Source of the DNA: Octopus vulgaris
Taxonomy: Eukaryota
Assembly (NCBI GenBank): GCA_951406725.2
Contig: OX597818.1
Span: forward strand, 32,302,001 to 32,366,000
Reading direction: 5' to 3'
DNA: 64,000 nucleotides
Positions within the stretch are counted from its first letter, which is position 1; each line of letters opens with the position of its first letter. The translations under genes were made by a program, and so were the position numbers. Under the pieces are notes generated by a model that worked only from the letters and a program-made list of their open reading frames with translations, had not been told where the DNA came from and made no database searches. Below, in pieces: positions 41,222 through 55,083 of this stretch.

Positions 41222-41501
41222 TCTTTTTTCTTTTACTTCTTTCAGTCATTTGACTGCGGCCATGCTGGAGCACCGCCTTCTAGTCGAGTAAATCGACCCC
41301 GGGACTTATTCTTTGTTAACCTAGTACTTATTCTATCAGTCTCTTTTGCTGAACCTCTAAGTTACGGGGACGTAAACACACCAGCATCGGTTGTCAAGCA
41401 ATGGTGGGGGGGACAAACACAGACACACAAACATATATATACACACATACATATATATACATATATACGACGGGCTTCTTCCAGTTTCCGTCTACCAAAT
41501 C
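41222..41501 (-). mobile_element. SINE family B, 5'-truncated
   Basis: ttcagtcatttgactgcggccatgctggagcaccgcc...cgacgggcttcttccagtttccgtctaccaaatc. Confidence 0.9.
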
Positions 41502-41633
41502 GGCAATAGAGTCCGATAAAATGAGTTCCAAGCTTTAAAATAAGTACTGGGGTCGATATTTTCGACTAAAACTCTTGAATGCCTTGCCCCAGCACGGCTG
41601 CAGTCCAATGACTAAAACAAGTGACTGATAAAA
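41500..41633 (+). mobile_element. SINE family B 3' part (older variant), opposite orientation
   Basis: tcggcaatagagtccgataaaatgag...actggggtcgatattttcgactaaa...ccccagcacggctgcagtccaatgactaaaacaagt. Confidence 0.8.
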
Positions 41634-42332
41634 TATATAAAAGCATGCATATGAGGGTGAGCATACACAAACGCACACGCACACATACAGTACGTATCAG
41701 TCCATTAGATACAACGACAGAAGCTTTGAACACGTGTACATTACCTAATTGATGTGTCAGGTAACTCCAGCTTTGTTAGTACTATTAAATATGTAATGAA
41801 CGCATCCTTCAAGACTACTAACAGCTGAGATTCCGTGTCGATGGATGTCTGTTTAATATTTCCACTGGGACAACGCTGTTCAGGCAAATCTCGACCAGAT
41901 CGCATTTCTTGCTTTCAACAAGTCGCCTTATACTGGGACTAGTCATAAGATAAAACTAAATACCGTGGTATATCAATTTTTCTTTACTTAGCAGTAATTT
42001 TGTGTTCGTAAGTAAGGAGCTGCAGCTTTTTTCTTGAGTACTGTTTTATGAAATAGCTAGATAAATAAATAACTGCATTCATAAATAAGTAAAAAAAGCT
42101 GCATGCTCGTGTACACACATTTTTACCTAGTATGTTTGACATATGTTTAATGAGTGATGGAGAGTGGTGGGGCAGGAGAGACTTACCTACCACGAAGCGG
42201 ATATGAACAGAAATGCGATCTTAAGATTAAGACCAGCTTGATATATTCAATACTGCAGTGACTAACACAGCTCTCAATAAAACTAAGACTCATTGTGTAT
42301 ATTTGTGTGTGTGTATGTATATGTATATACAA

Positions 42333-42408
<76 letters not shown>

Positions 42409-42411
42409 CTA

Positions 42412-42503
<92 letters not shown>

Positions 42504-43059
42504 GTTGGAGATTTTGTAGATGTTAAATTTCTTTGACTTTGATATAAGAGAGCACATTTTATTAAACACGTATGAAAGCATCGTATCTGTTGGTGAATTA
42601 TTTTTTTCTTAAATATATCATGGAAGTTAGTTACTCACAATGACAGCTATAAATTTACTTGTAAATGACTTGAGTCGGGTAGCATGTACCTAAATGTACT
42701 GAATAGTTAAACATAAAATTAGATGAGTTGTAATGTCCCAAAGCAGTTAATAGCACTTCGTGTAAGTTAGTATGTATGGCACTTTCAATGGTTTCTTCTG
42801 CAGTATAAGATACTGAAAATGCTAAAACATGTAAATCGGTGGATGCAATATTTTCCAGTTTTAAGCAACTTAGTTCATTTCATATACTTTCACGCTGTCG
42901 TTGTGCAAATATGATGCTCTGTTTTGTCAAATATTACCGATAAAATTCTGATAAAATATCATATTTGGCTTAATACTTTACTGTTAACCATCTTTAAAAA
43001 GGAAATACTGACTCAGAATTATACCTTTTCAGTGAATTTTCATTGTCGATGAGTTTTCT

Positions 43060-43299
43060 CTTTCTCTTTTATCTCTTTTACTTGTTTCAGTCATTTGACT
43101 GTGGCCATGCTGGAGCACCGCATTTAGTCGCGCAAATCGACCCCAGGACTTATTCTTTGTAAGCCTAGTACTTATTCTATCGGTGTCTTTTGCCGAAACG
43201 CTAAGTTACAAGGACGTAAACACACCACCATCGGTTAAGCGATGTTGGGGGGACAAACACAGATACACAAACACAGATACACAAACATATATACACACA

Positions 43300-43352
<53 letters not shown>

Positions 43353-43503
43353 GACAGGCTTCTTTCAGTTTCAGTCTACCAAATCCACTTACAAGGCTTT
43401 GGTCGGCTCGAGGCTATAGTAGAAGATACTTGCCCAAGGTGTCACGCAGTGGGAATGAACCCGGAACCATGTGGTTGGTAAGCAAGCTACTTACCACACA
43501 GCC
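43060..43503 (-). mobile_element. SINE family B, near full length
   Basis: Most complete B copy: tail, body, internal (TA)n, CORE-like cttgcccaaggtg, tRNA-like head. Confidence 0.93.
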
Positions 43504-45830
43504 ACACAGCATACAAACGTGTGTTTTGTTCAAGCTCGAATGTTTGTAATCCGTTCTTGTTTCATGAAGGCTGATTTGCGACTAAATAGCAACACTATCA
43601 ACAACAATAATCCCTGATTGATTAAAATTAAAATCTTGCACAGTGGAGTATGATGAAGCAGATTTGATTAACCTGTTCCCCAAACAAAATAATGTATAGA
43701 TGGCTTTCAGATTGAAAATATGTATTTACTTACATAATTTCTGGAGAAGTATTTCGAAAAAAAAAAAAGTGTTAATATGTAAACAATAATTCTTGTTTTC
43801 CTCATTAAAATATTTTTCGATTCTTACTTCTTCCTTTCATCATTATCACCAGCAAATAGCTTCAACTTATTTAAAAGCAGTTTATTTATAGTCATTTTCA
43901 TCTCATAAACTCACTTAAAAAGACACGACACCTGCCTTTCAAAACATTCCCTAAATAAAGAATCACTTGTTGTCATGGTTACTTCTGCTATTACGGCTCT
44001 TGTTTTTTGTAGTAATAGTATTGGTTGTTATTTTCTTGTCTAGAATTACTAATTTTCTTCTAGTTGCTAGATTGTTAACTCTGGCATAAAGAAAACATTT
44101 GTCTCTATGTATTTACTTATGCGAGTGCATATGTGTTATTCGCAAGTATTTTTTTTCTTTCGCTTTGTACAATCTATGTTATGTGTATGTGGTTACACGA
44201 CTTGTACTTCAAATTCCACCCATAAGAAGATATTAAAAGATAGTTATCTATTTTGTGCACCGTTAATTTGTATATTTTTCTTTACCACATTCCATTTGGA
44301 AAATATTTGCGAAAGCATCTCCCTAATGCGTTTTGAAAATTACTTTTTTTCGCGTGAAAATATTATTCTGAACGTCTGTTTGTAAACATGTGAGCGTATC
44401 TGTATATGTATGTGTGTGTGTATGTATGTATGTATGTATGTATGTATGTATGTATGTATGTATGTATGTATGCGTGTATGTGTGTGCGTGTGTGAGCGAT
44501 GTCGTATTGGTGAAATGGTTGAAGAATAAACAATGAAATTAAGAGTGAAACTGAAGCGCTAATAGCAATAAAAAAATAACAGGTTTTTAACAACAATAAT
44601 TTTAATGAATTAGAAATTCAGCATCTCCCGATGGTATAAAAATATTACTATCAACTAATATAATATAACCAAAATTAGGGTCTTCTAAGGTTGCACTGTC
44701 CAAAATTATGAAAAAAAAAAACATTAAAGGGTATAAAAGAGACAGAAAATCTCCATTACTGAATTTAAACACCCCCGCCTTCCGTCATGAAGTAATGTAT
44801 TAATATTGCAAGTGAAATACACCGGGTGCAATTCTCGATGAGTGAATTGAATTTAAATTTTATAGAATTTAATAATGCCATTCCAATATTTGGTGTAACT
44901 GGTCGTTAACTATATAAAAAAATGATTAGATTTTAATATCCACTAAAATTTTTTTTGCACACCAGCATAGGGTATTACACCAATTCATTATAATAAGCAT
45001 CAGCATCTCATACTACATATAACATTCAGAATTATCATAAATAACTACAAATATTGTATAATAGAATCCTTTATAATATTATAATATGACATAGCATCCG
45101 AGAGATATTCACACGTTTCGTGCGAATTGATGTATAATTTGCTTAATTTATTATACACTCTACCACATGACTGCTTACAAGATTGTACTGCTTAATACTA
45201 CCCTTTTGTTATATTATAGCACCTAGTTTTGTTACACCATACAATACTTACCCTGTTAATATATATTTGAAGGAAACAGTGTTACTTACTACCTCATTAA
45301 TATATGAATAATTCTACCAATTCAGGTAATCATACCGCCAGTTTTGGTACAGTACTCTAATAATGAATGTTAAACCCGAAGTTAGGCATGATCACGTCGA
45401 CCTATGGACGAAGAAGACAAAACTAGAACGCATTTGTTTATATCAGATCGATCAGGGCTGATCTGAGGTTAATCTCCGAAATAATGGTTTCTGGCACAGG
45501 CAGAAAGCCATACCTTTCTGGTGACGATTGTGCAAATCACCAACAGTTGACTAATCGTAGAAGGATGAAGGGTAAAAATGTAGTATCAGTGAGATTGGAA
45601 CATAAAACTTAAGATGCGACTGGGTATAATCAGGCTCTATTTTTCGTCACTCACCCGAATCTAACAACATTAATATTGTAGACATGTTATGAACCATCCC
45701 AAAGAGGCACGATCTCTTTTTACGAATTTATTCAATATCAGCTAATATAAAATTGTTTTATATATGCCAAACTATGGAAATTCTTCGACGGTTTCTTTCC
45801 ATTCCAATGATATGTCTTGCTATATAGATT

Positions 45831-45911
45831 ATCTCTAATATCTCTCTGATATCTCTAATATCTATAATATCTCTTGTATCTCTTATATCTATAATATCTG
45901 ATATCTCTAAT
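45831..45911. repeat. Degenerate ~9-bp minisatellite (ATCTCTAAT-like)
   Basis: atctctaat, atctataat and atctcttat units in tandem. Confidence 0.75.
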
Positions 45912-46723
45912 GTTGTTTTGGAACATTACACAAATGCCTTACCCAGAATAAAATAATGCTAAGAAATGAGTATTTTTCACATTTTGATACTTTTGAGTTG
46001 AGCTGTGACATCCTATTGGATTAATGACAAAAATACATCTTTAAATATTAATATTATGTGTCTACAAACGCACTAACACACAAACGCGCACACATACACA
46101 TATGTATACATATACAAGCACATATATCTATACACATATGCATTCACATAGGCAATACAAAAGAATAAATGTTATGTTTATTCAAGTGGTTCGATATATT
46201 TTTGACTCACACATTCAACATGGTTTGTATTCAGAATGGTATGCATATTTATGAGTTCGAGTTTCCTAGAAAGCAATACTGTTTACACATTCTATTCATT
46301 ATCAAATACACCGTTATGATGGCTCATTTTTCACTTTTTGTGTGTACTGAACAGCGCTCTCTCACTGATGATAAATACATAAAAACATACACAGAAAAAG
46401 GCGAAACAAAAAATACATGATCAATTACTATATATCGATTTGTATGGTATAAGTAACTGTAAAACTTATAGCTGATGTGATTAATGCTGTTGTTTAGCCA
46501 CAGGTGAACCCTGTTCGAGAAAATATATGATTCATAGCTTTTCAATGGTAACCTTCCAAAAGTAGAAAATTCAATTCCATTATTGACTTGGGAAATGTGT
46601 TTTAATCGACTCCAAAAGGGCGAAAAGTAATAGTGATTTCTGTGAGATTTGAACTCGGAGAACACTCAAAGCCAGAACGGATGACCCATTCCTAGGACTC
46701 GGAAATATTAATTTTTCACATGT

Positions 46724-46794
<71 letters not shown>

Positions 46795-47837
46795 TGTGTG
46801 TGTGGTAATTGTTGCTACATTAGAAAAAAGAATTTCCAACATTCTAAGATCATGTAAACACGGTTTTGCTTCAAACTTAGATAGAAATGCTCCAATATAA
46901 TATAAGAAAGCCTCCACTTCAGTGCCGTCGGCACGACAACATAACATAAGAAATGCCAATACACTAACACACCAAACTCCACACATCTTTCTTACAGTCG
47001 CCATAGCTCTAGAAAAAGCATAGGAACTCACTCACCATTACCTAAAACATCAACTTAAACAACGTGCTCTGACATATTACAAAGAAACGTTTTGTTTGCA
47101 GCATGGCTTAAGAGAAAAGCTGGCTGCATAAAGTAAACACAGCAAGCCAAATCCTTAACGTCTAATATCTAGTGAGCAATTTAATTAAGGGATTGCTCAA
47201 TGTTACAAGCGGCCATGACAGTTCCGCTATTTCCTAAAATCTCGTACAGTCATTTATTTCTTTTATTTGCGCTGGTTCTGATTTTTCAAATGTTTACTGT
47301 AGAAATACTACACGTGACAAAAGCATCTCCTTTCTTAGCTTTCCTGTTGTTCCTTTATTTCTTTTCTCCTCCCCTCACTCATCTCCCTGTCTATAGCATT
47401 TTTTATCTCTTTTTTTTTTTTTTATCTATTATTTCTTCACTTTCCTCTTCTCCTCTACCCACCTCTTTAACTATTTCACTTCTTGGTCCACCGGATGACG
47501 TACGAGCAATCATTGCCGCACTTACACTTTTATTTGTCTTCCATTTCCATCGCGTTTGTTTCATTACTCTTCAATTCCACACATCCTCCACCAGTCCAGC
47601 CTAGTGTAAAGTTAACGGTACAGCAACATTGCCTCCCCCCACCACCAGTCCTTCGCTTTTTAACCCCATTCCGTCAAGGACTTCCATAACCCTTCCGAAT
47701 CCAGAACGGCTTCGTCTTACTTTATGATGCATCGGTATTTCTTTTTCCAAACCACTTCGTTCAAATCGTTCATGCACATATGCATACATACCGACGCTTC
47801 CACAAGCACACATACGTATCTATGGATATATGCGTTT

Positions 47838-48528
<691 letters not shown>

Positions 48529-49574
48529 ATTATCCATCGTCTGTTATTATTCATCTGATAATATTTAAAAGCATGTGTATATATAAATATGTGTGCGTGT
48601 GTGTATACAAGACACACACACATTTCCATACTTATGTATATATGTACCTTTGCCTGTGTTTGTAAATGGCATGTTTCCGCATGCCTATATGTTTATTTTT
48701 GTACATCAACATCGGATGAAACTCACGCACTTAAATCAAATACTTCCAGAAACACGGTAACATGCCCAGCACACATGCTTTATATTTCGTAAATGCATAC
48801 AAGCATATTTATGTACTCTTATACATTGATGTATTTGAAACAGAGAATATAAAGAAACAACATACTTTTTCATACAATGGTTGTTCATTTTCGTATAAAT
48901 ACGCAGCTCTAAGAAACCGTGCTTGTTTTCCAGTCATGGGCCAAGGCTTACGTCATTCCAGTCCAGGGTCAACACACTCTAATCTCTATAGTTTATTTCA
49001 ATCTCTGCCATTTTATCACCTACGCATTCTCTATCTAGACTATTCTCTACATTTCCTGCTTCCTCCACCTTTCACTTTTACCCTATTTCACCTCTAATCT
49101 ATTTTTATTCCATTAAATCTATCCCTAGTATATTCGCTACGCCCTAATCAATAGGATCCCATTTTATTACTTTTAATTTCCAGCTCAGCTCTCCCACCGC
49201 AACTCTCTACTTTCACTTTCTCTTAGCTCAGTTGTCCACGTCCACACGTTACGCGTTTTCACTTCCTTGCACCTTCCATTCTGTCTCTATCTCTGTCGCT
49301 TTCTTTCACTTTCTAGGTATCTTTATCTCGCTCGTCTTTACCCACAAAGTTCACTCTATATATTTAATCTTTGGTTGATATACTCACTCCTGTTTTCTCA
49401 TACCATTCCCTATTTATCAACTCTATCCTTATACTCTTTATGTTTGATTACACTTTCATTTTATCTTGTCTTTTAACCACGCCATTTCTTCCTCTCTTAC
49501 AAAGAATTGTCTTCCTCTTATTTCTTTCTTTATGCGCATTTCCCGCTCTCGCTTCCTCATACTTTCTCGATGTC

Positions 49575-49777
49575 TTTCGATCTTTTCTTTCTTTTCTTCT
49601 TTCTTTATTTCTTTTTTCTTTGTCTTTCTTTTCTGTCTTTCTTTTCTGTCTTTCTTTTCTTCTTTCTTTCTTTCTTTCATTTCTTTTCTTTCTCTCTTTT
49701 CTTCCTTTCTTTCTTTCTTTTTCTCTTTATTTCTTTTTCTCTTTATTTCTTTCTCTCTTTCTCTCTTTCTTTCTTTC

Positions 49778-49816
<39 letters not shown>

Positions 49817-49848
49817 GTCTTTCTTTCTTCTTTCTTTCTTTCTTTCTT

Positions 49849-49879
<31 letters not shown>

Positions 49880-49883
49880 TTTT

Positions 49884-49947
<64 letters not shown>

Positions 49948-49965
49948 GCTTTCTTTCTTTCTTTT
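49575..49965. repeat. (TTTC)n/(TCTG)n polypyrimidine tract
   Basis: Directly visible; explains the 352-aa FLSF ORF. Confidence 0.95.
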
Positions 49966-50181
49966 GCCCTTTTGCGGATCACTCTATTTCGTTCGTTCTG
50001 TTTTTATATTTTATATTTTTTCCCTTTCATTCCGTTCATGCTCTTTTCCTCTCAGTTGCATTGAATTACCCCTCCCTTTTGTTTTCTGAATATCTCCTCC
50101 TTTTCTTCTTTCGTTCTCTTCCTCACCTCTCCCTCACCTTTCCCTTTACGTATGTGTATGTATATATACGCAAGTGTTGTA

Positions 50182-50255
<74 letters not shown>

Positions 50256-50920
50256 TGTGTGTGTGTGTGTAGTCAACTTACTACCACTGAGCTCATCCCA
50301 TTTACTTCCCAGTCGAATGCTTCTCAATCAAATAATCTTCATCTCTACTTCCGACCTTTCTGCTCAGCTTTCCCGCCATTACTCTTTTTCTTGAGCCACA
50401 TGATCTTCTATGACAACAAAATCCATTGAATAATCCTTGTTATAGCAATTCCTTTCCTTTTTCTTCAAGTTCATTGACATCTTTTTCTTCGTCTTTGTTA
50501 CTTAAGCTCTTGCACTTCAGCCTTCCTCCCTGCAACCCGCCCTTATTCTTTATTCCTGCTTTTAATTGCACACACATATCCTCTCTCTCTCTCTCTCTCT
50601 CTCTCTCAATCTATCTACTCTCTCTCTCTCTCTCTCTCTCTCTGTAGATATAGCTACTCTCTGATATGATCATTCATTTTTTCTTGGTTCTTTCATTTCC
50701 ATACTCATTCTTCCTCCTTATCTTCTTCGCTTTCTTGTTTTCCGTTTCGGACACCCAATTAATTCAGTTCACATCCAGATTCGCGTGCATCGCAATTTTT
50801 AGTCTTTTTCAGTCTTACAAAAACAGTTGCACCTTCTGCCTTTCTATTATTAATCACACAAAGATTACGCATATACCTTCACACACATTTACATGCAAAC
50901 GGTTTTATACAGATACGCTT

Positions 50921-50970
<50 letters not shown>

Positions 50971-51550
50971 TACTCCCTTTTATTTTGTACACTATCACGC
51001 ACTGAAATCAAAATCGGATGAAGAAAAGTCGAAGTCGCGTAGAGAAAGATAGACAACAAGTATTAAGAGGACATACATACAGACAAAGGAAAAAGGAGGA
51101 TACAAAGAAATAAGGAATATATAAAGGGAATCATAGAGACGGATTAGTTTTGTTATGATGTAATCTCGGTTTCCTTTCAGTTCAGCAAAAGCTATTGCTG
51201 CTTAGTTTTCATTCATCGGGTGGACAACGTTTAAACTTTGTCAGTTTTATCTATACTACATGTAATATCTGTTAGTGCTTCGCTCATGTATATCGACATT
51301 GTGGAATATTTTGTATTACGTTTACCCGAATTTAATATTTGAAAATCTCTAAGTCCATTTATGCCTTTTATGCTAAAAGCCTAAATAATTGCTTTCTATG
51401 CAAAATAATCCAATAATTTTTCCATTTAGTCTCCTCTATGTGTCTTGACCATGTGTGTTGTAAGAGAATTAAGGAGTTTCTGAAACTTATAAGATGTAAG
51501 CAATAAGAGTAAGACATTTCTAATTTTCTAATTAATAATTTACAGTTTCA

Positions 51551-51840
51551 CCGGGCGAAATACTTAGCGGTATTTCGTCTGCCGCTACGTTCTGAGTTCA
51601 AATTCCGCCGAGGTCGACTTTGCCTTTCATCCTTTCGGGGTCGATTAAATAAGCACCAGGGGTCGATGTAATCGACTTAATCCGTTTGTCTGTCCTTGTT
51701 TGTCCCACCAAAGTCGACTTTGCCTTTCAACCTTTCATAGTCGATAAATTAAGTACCAGTTGCGTACTGGGGTCAATCTATTCGACTGCACCCCCCCGCC
51801 CAAATTTCGGGCCTTGTGCCTAGAGTAAAAAAGAATATTT
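51551..51840 (+). mobile_element. Chimeric SINE family A (A1 unit fused to A2 unit)
   Basis: Central gtcgactttgcctttca domain occurs twice; the first is followed by the A1 tail start (ttaatccgtttgtctgtccttgtttgtccc) and the second by the A2 tail (cccaaatttcgggccttgtgcctagagta). Confidence 0.88.
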
Positions 51841-51885
51841 TATAGTTTCGAGTAAGTTTGTTCTATTTAAAATGATCTTGTAAGT

Positions 51886-52180
51886 GGTGGTACTTAGCCT
51901 AGTGGTTAGGTCGAGGAATTGCGGGTTCAAATCTCAGGCCGGGTGATGTGTATTTTTATGACCGAATTACCTAAGCTCCACGCGGCTCCGGCAGAAAGGT
52001 AATGGTGAACTTCTGCTGACTCTTTCGCCACAACTTTCTCTTACTATGTCTTCCTGCATCTAGCGGCTCACCGGTGACGGACTGGCGTCCCATCTAGGTG
52101 GGGAACCTATACGCCAAGGAAACTGGGAAACCGGCCCTTATGAGTCAGACATGGCTCGGGATGGAACAAACAACAACAAT
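51886..52180 (+). mobile_element. SINE family C, tail type 2
   Basis: tagcctagtggttagg (A box), gggttcaaatc (B box), body cctaagctccacgcggctccggcag...ctgctgactctttcgccacaactttctc shared with the 60916 copy, distinct 3' part, (caa)n tail. Confidence 0.85.
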
Positions 52181-52353
52181 ATAAAGCTTGTATAGAGCAC
52201 AAACAGTTGACATGTATCAGTTATGGTGAAGGGTGAAGACACACATACTCACGAATGCATACTAATATACAAATATCTATATAGAGTGGTGAAGAAACGA
52301 ACATGTTTTGAGGAGAGGGTGAGAACGAGCAGAGCAGAGCAGCGAGAGAGAGG

Positions 52354-52402
<49 letters not shown>

Positions 52403-53174
52403 GTGTGGGAAGGAAAGACGGTTGATTTATTTTTAATCGTCATATTTTCATTTTTATTGAATTATAGTTTTCTGTCTCGTCCTGTGCTGTCTATGTTGCA
52501 CTTGGTATAAAGCATTTTTTAAAATTATGGTCAATGATCTCTAAATATTAATAATGCTACTAGATATAGCTCCCCTTTTGCATAGAGAGTGTGTCTTCAT
52601 TCGTGTTATTCCATTAATGCTATGGATCTTACACACACATTTTCCTGGAGTCTTTTTTAACGCCTGTAGTATTTTTTAACTCGACATTTTAGTGTGTACG
52701 AATTCTAATGTATATGCGTAGCATACGCTTGGTAACTTTTTCTGAAATTAGCTATTAAAATCGAGGAAATTTCAGTGCAATGACAATAACAATTTTAGCA
52801 TTGATGGTGACACTAGCAAGAAATAAGACAATTTTTTAAACGAGGCAATAAATGTTTAAAGGACAACTGCTACTTCTAGAGAAGTGACTGTGGTACAGCT
52901 AGTAATTATATTTTACTAGTGCTGCATATCATAATGTAATGTTCATCTTGACCGCTGTCATCATCACCATCATCACCATCATCACAATCATCATTTTCGT
53001 TGTCATCATGATAACCGCTTTTATCATAATCATCATTTATTGCCGTTAGTTTCAAGCAGAATTCATATTCAGCATTTAGCAAATAAATAAAAAAAATAAA
53101 TAACGTAAATAAAAATCCCAACCACAAGGTTTGTGGTTCAGTTCCACTGCGTTACACCTTTGGCAAGTGTCCTG

Positions 53175-53359
53175 CAGCGCTCTGCAATCGGTATGCCGCG
53201 GCACACTGGTGTTCCACAAGACAATTCTACGCATGCCGCAGTGTAACCTGATTATAATTTTTTCCCTATACTTTTTGTTATACTTTTAGTTCAGGTGTGC
53301 CACCGAATTTTGAAAAGAATGTAAGTGTACTGCAAGTGAAGAAAGGTTGCGGAGCACTT
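53175..53359. mobile_element. hAT-like MITE nested in SINE B
   Basis: Imperfect TIRs CAGCGCTCTGCAA / TTGCGGAGCACT and repeated TGCCGC/GTGCC subterminal motifs; TSD not recognisable. Confidence 0.65.
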
Positions 53360-53450
53360 TTACTGGAGCTTCGAGCCAACTAAAGCTTGTGAGTGCATTT
53401 GGTAGGCAAAAACTGTAACAAGCCTAAAGTTTGTGTGTGTGAGTTAATAT

Positions 53451-53648
53451 AGGTGAAGAATTCACAAAAAAACAAAAAAACAAAAGACGAAGACAGGTGG
53501 TGTAGACAACAAGCAGATGTATTAGTATAACGCTCGGGAAGTGAAAAGTCTTTAAAGTTTCGAGCCTACGCTCTTCTACAGAAAGGAGCACAGAAAGAAA
53601 CAAGGAGAGAAAATAAAGAATGTGTAGTGGCTAGCGATCTATCACGGC
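53451..53648 (-). mobile_element. Family D short element with hammerhead-like motif (Penelope pLTR or retrozyme-like)
   Basis: Reverse complement aligns with 63704-63880 (ttttctctccttgtttctttctgtg...ctgtagaagagcgtaggctcgaaac...ccacctgtcttcgtcttttgttt). Confidence 0.75.
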
Positions 53649-54385
53649 TAAGGCCGAAAACGTGTATCTGTCTTTGTTCCATAACCGCCGCTTGACAAGC
53701 AGTGTTGGTTCGACAAAAGACACACTGGAGTAGATTTGTTTGACTAAAATCGTTCAATGCGGTGCCCCAGTATGGCTGGACTGAAACAACTATAAGATTA
53801 AAGATAAAGAAATAAGAAAGAAATCAAAACGACGGTATTTAATTACAAATTTCGATCGTTCAGCTTAAATATTAAGCTGCTTTTAGTCTATCATGTCATT
53901 GACTAAATTTCAATAATTTCTATCATGCCTGTCCAATTACTACCGTCACCATCTTTACCACCACCATCCCCTCCATTACCAAAAACCTAATCTTCATCAT
54001 CGTCGTGCTAAATGTAAAATGAAACCCAACAAATTCAATTAAGGATTTTAATCTATGAGGTTTAACAGTAAAGCTAATATTATTGTAAATGTGAGTCAGC
54101 TTCAGTTCAGAAATATTGCAAATGGCTGATATCTTGGCCTTTAATTGCTATCTCTACAATATAGTATGATCATGTTAAATATATACAGAAGGGAACTAAA
54201 GTAAATATACATATTTCTACATCATAAATGTCGTTTCAGACTATTTTGACCCATTTAAATAAGATGAAAAATAGTTTCGAAGTGTTTATGAAATAATGCT
54301 AACCTGTTAAGATACAGATATATTATATTGAACAATGATCTGCTATATTTAATTTAGCTGGAATTTCTTCGGCGTAGTTAAATAG

Positions 54386-54644
54386 AATCCACTAGAATTA
54401 CTGTTATATTGGATCAAACAATATAAATTGCTTGTCCAATATATGTTATAGAATTTTACTCTTTTACTCATTTACTTGTTTCAGTCATTTGACTGTGGCT
54501 TTCGACTAAAAGGCGGTGCTCCAGCATGGCCACATTCAAATGACTGAAACAAGTAAATGAGTAAAAGAGTAAAATTCTATAAAACATATATTGGACAAGC
54601 AATTTATATTGTGTGATCCAGTATAACAGTGATTGCAGTGGATT
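54386..54644. repeat. Long inverted repeat (arms ~115 bp, 29-bp spacer) containing the SINE B tail
   Basis: 54386-54499 is the reverse complement of 54529-54644, with about 6 substitutions and one 2-bp indel by manual comparison. Confidence 0.95.
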
Positions 54645-54759
54645 GTTTCTTTAAATAGAAAGAACTCTTATAATTTTGCATTAAAACACTTCCTTAGACG
54701 CAAGCAAATGTTCAACTTGGATTATTAGCTTTCTTTAAAATAAAACATCCAAATAAATT

Positions 54760-54932
54760 TCTTTCTAACTTTGGTGCAAAGCCAGTAATTTTGCTGGGAC
54801 GGAACAGCCGATTACATCGACCCCAGTACTCATTTTATCGACTCCGATAGGATGAAAGGCAAAGCTGATCTCTGCTCAGAACGTAAAAAACAGATGTCAA
54901 TGCCACTAAGCATTTTGCCCGGCGCAGTAACG
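54760..54932 (-). mobile_element. Degenerate SINE family A
   Basis: cgattacatcgaccccagtact...tttatcgactccgataggatgaaaggcaaag...ctcagaacgta...ctaagcattttgcccggcg. Confidence 0.8.
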
Positions 54933-55083
54933 CCATGCAAATGCTTATAATAAACTGTTAAGCTCAACCTTCATCAAGCAGACCTATGATGAAATGCATT
55001 CCTGCATGGTTATTACCTCGTGTCTTTTATGCAATTATCCATTATCTATGACTAAAGTTTTCTAAATTAGCCTTCGTTGTTTT

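Larger units (their letters stand above)
53119..53810 (+). mobile_element. Old SINE family B copy split by two nested insertions
   Basis: Segments 53119-53172 (ggttcagttccactgcg...ggcaagtgtc), 53360-53445 (gcttgtgagtgcatttggtagg) and 53661-53810 (cgcttgacaagc...ggtgccccagtatggc...gactgaaacaa) follow B consensus order. Confidence 0.8.

Noticed and set aside
49371-50429. 352-aa ORF (longest in the window)
   Set aside because: Translation of (TTTC)n, (TCTG)n and (TA)n repeats; stop-free because of composition.
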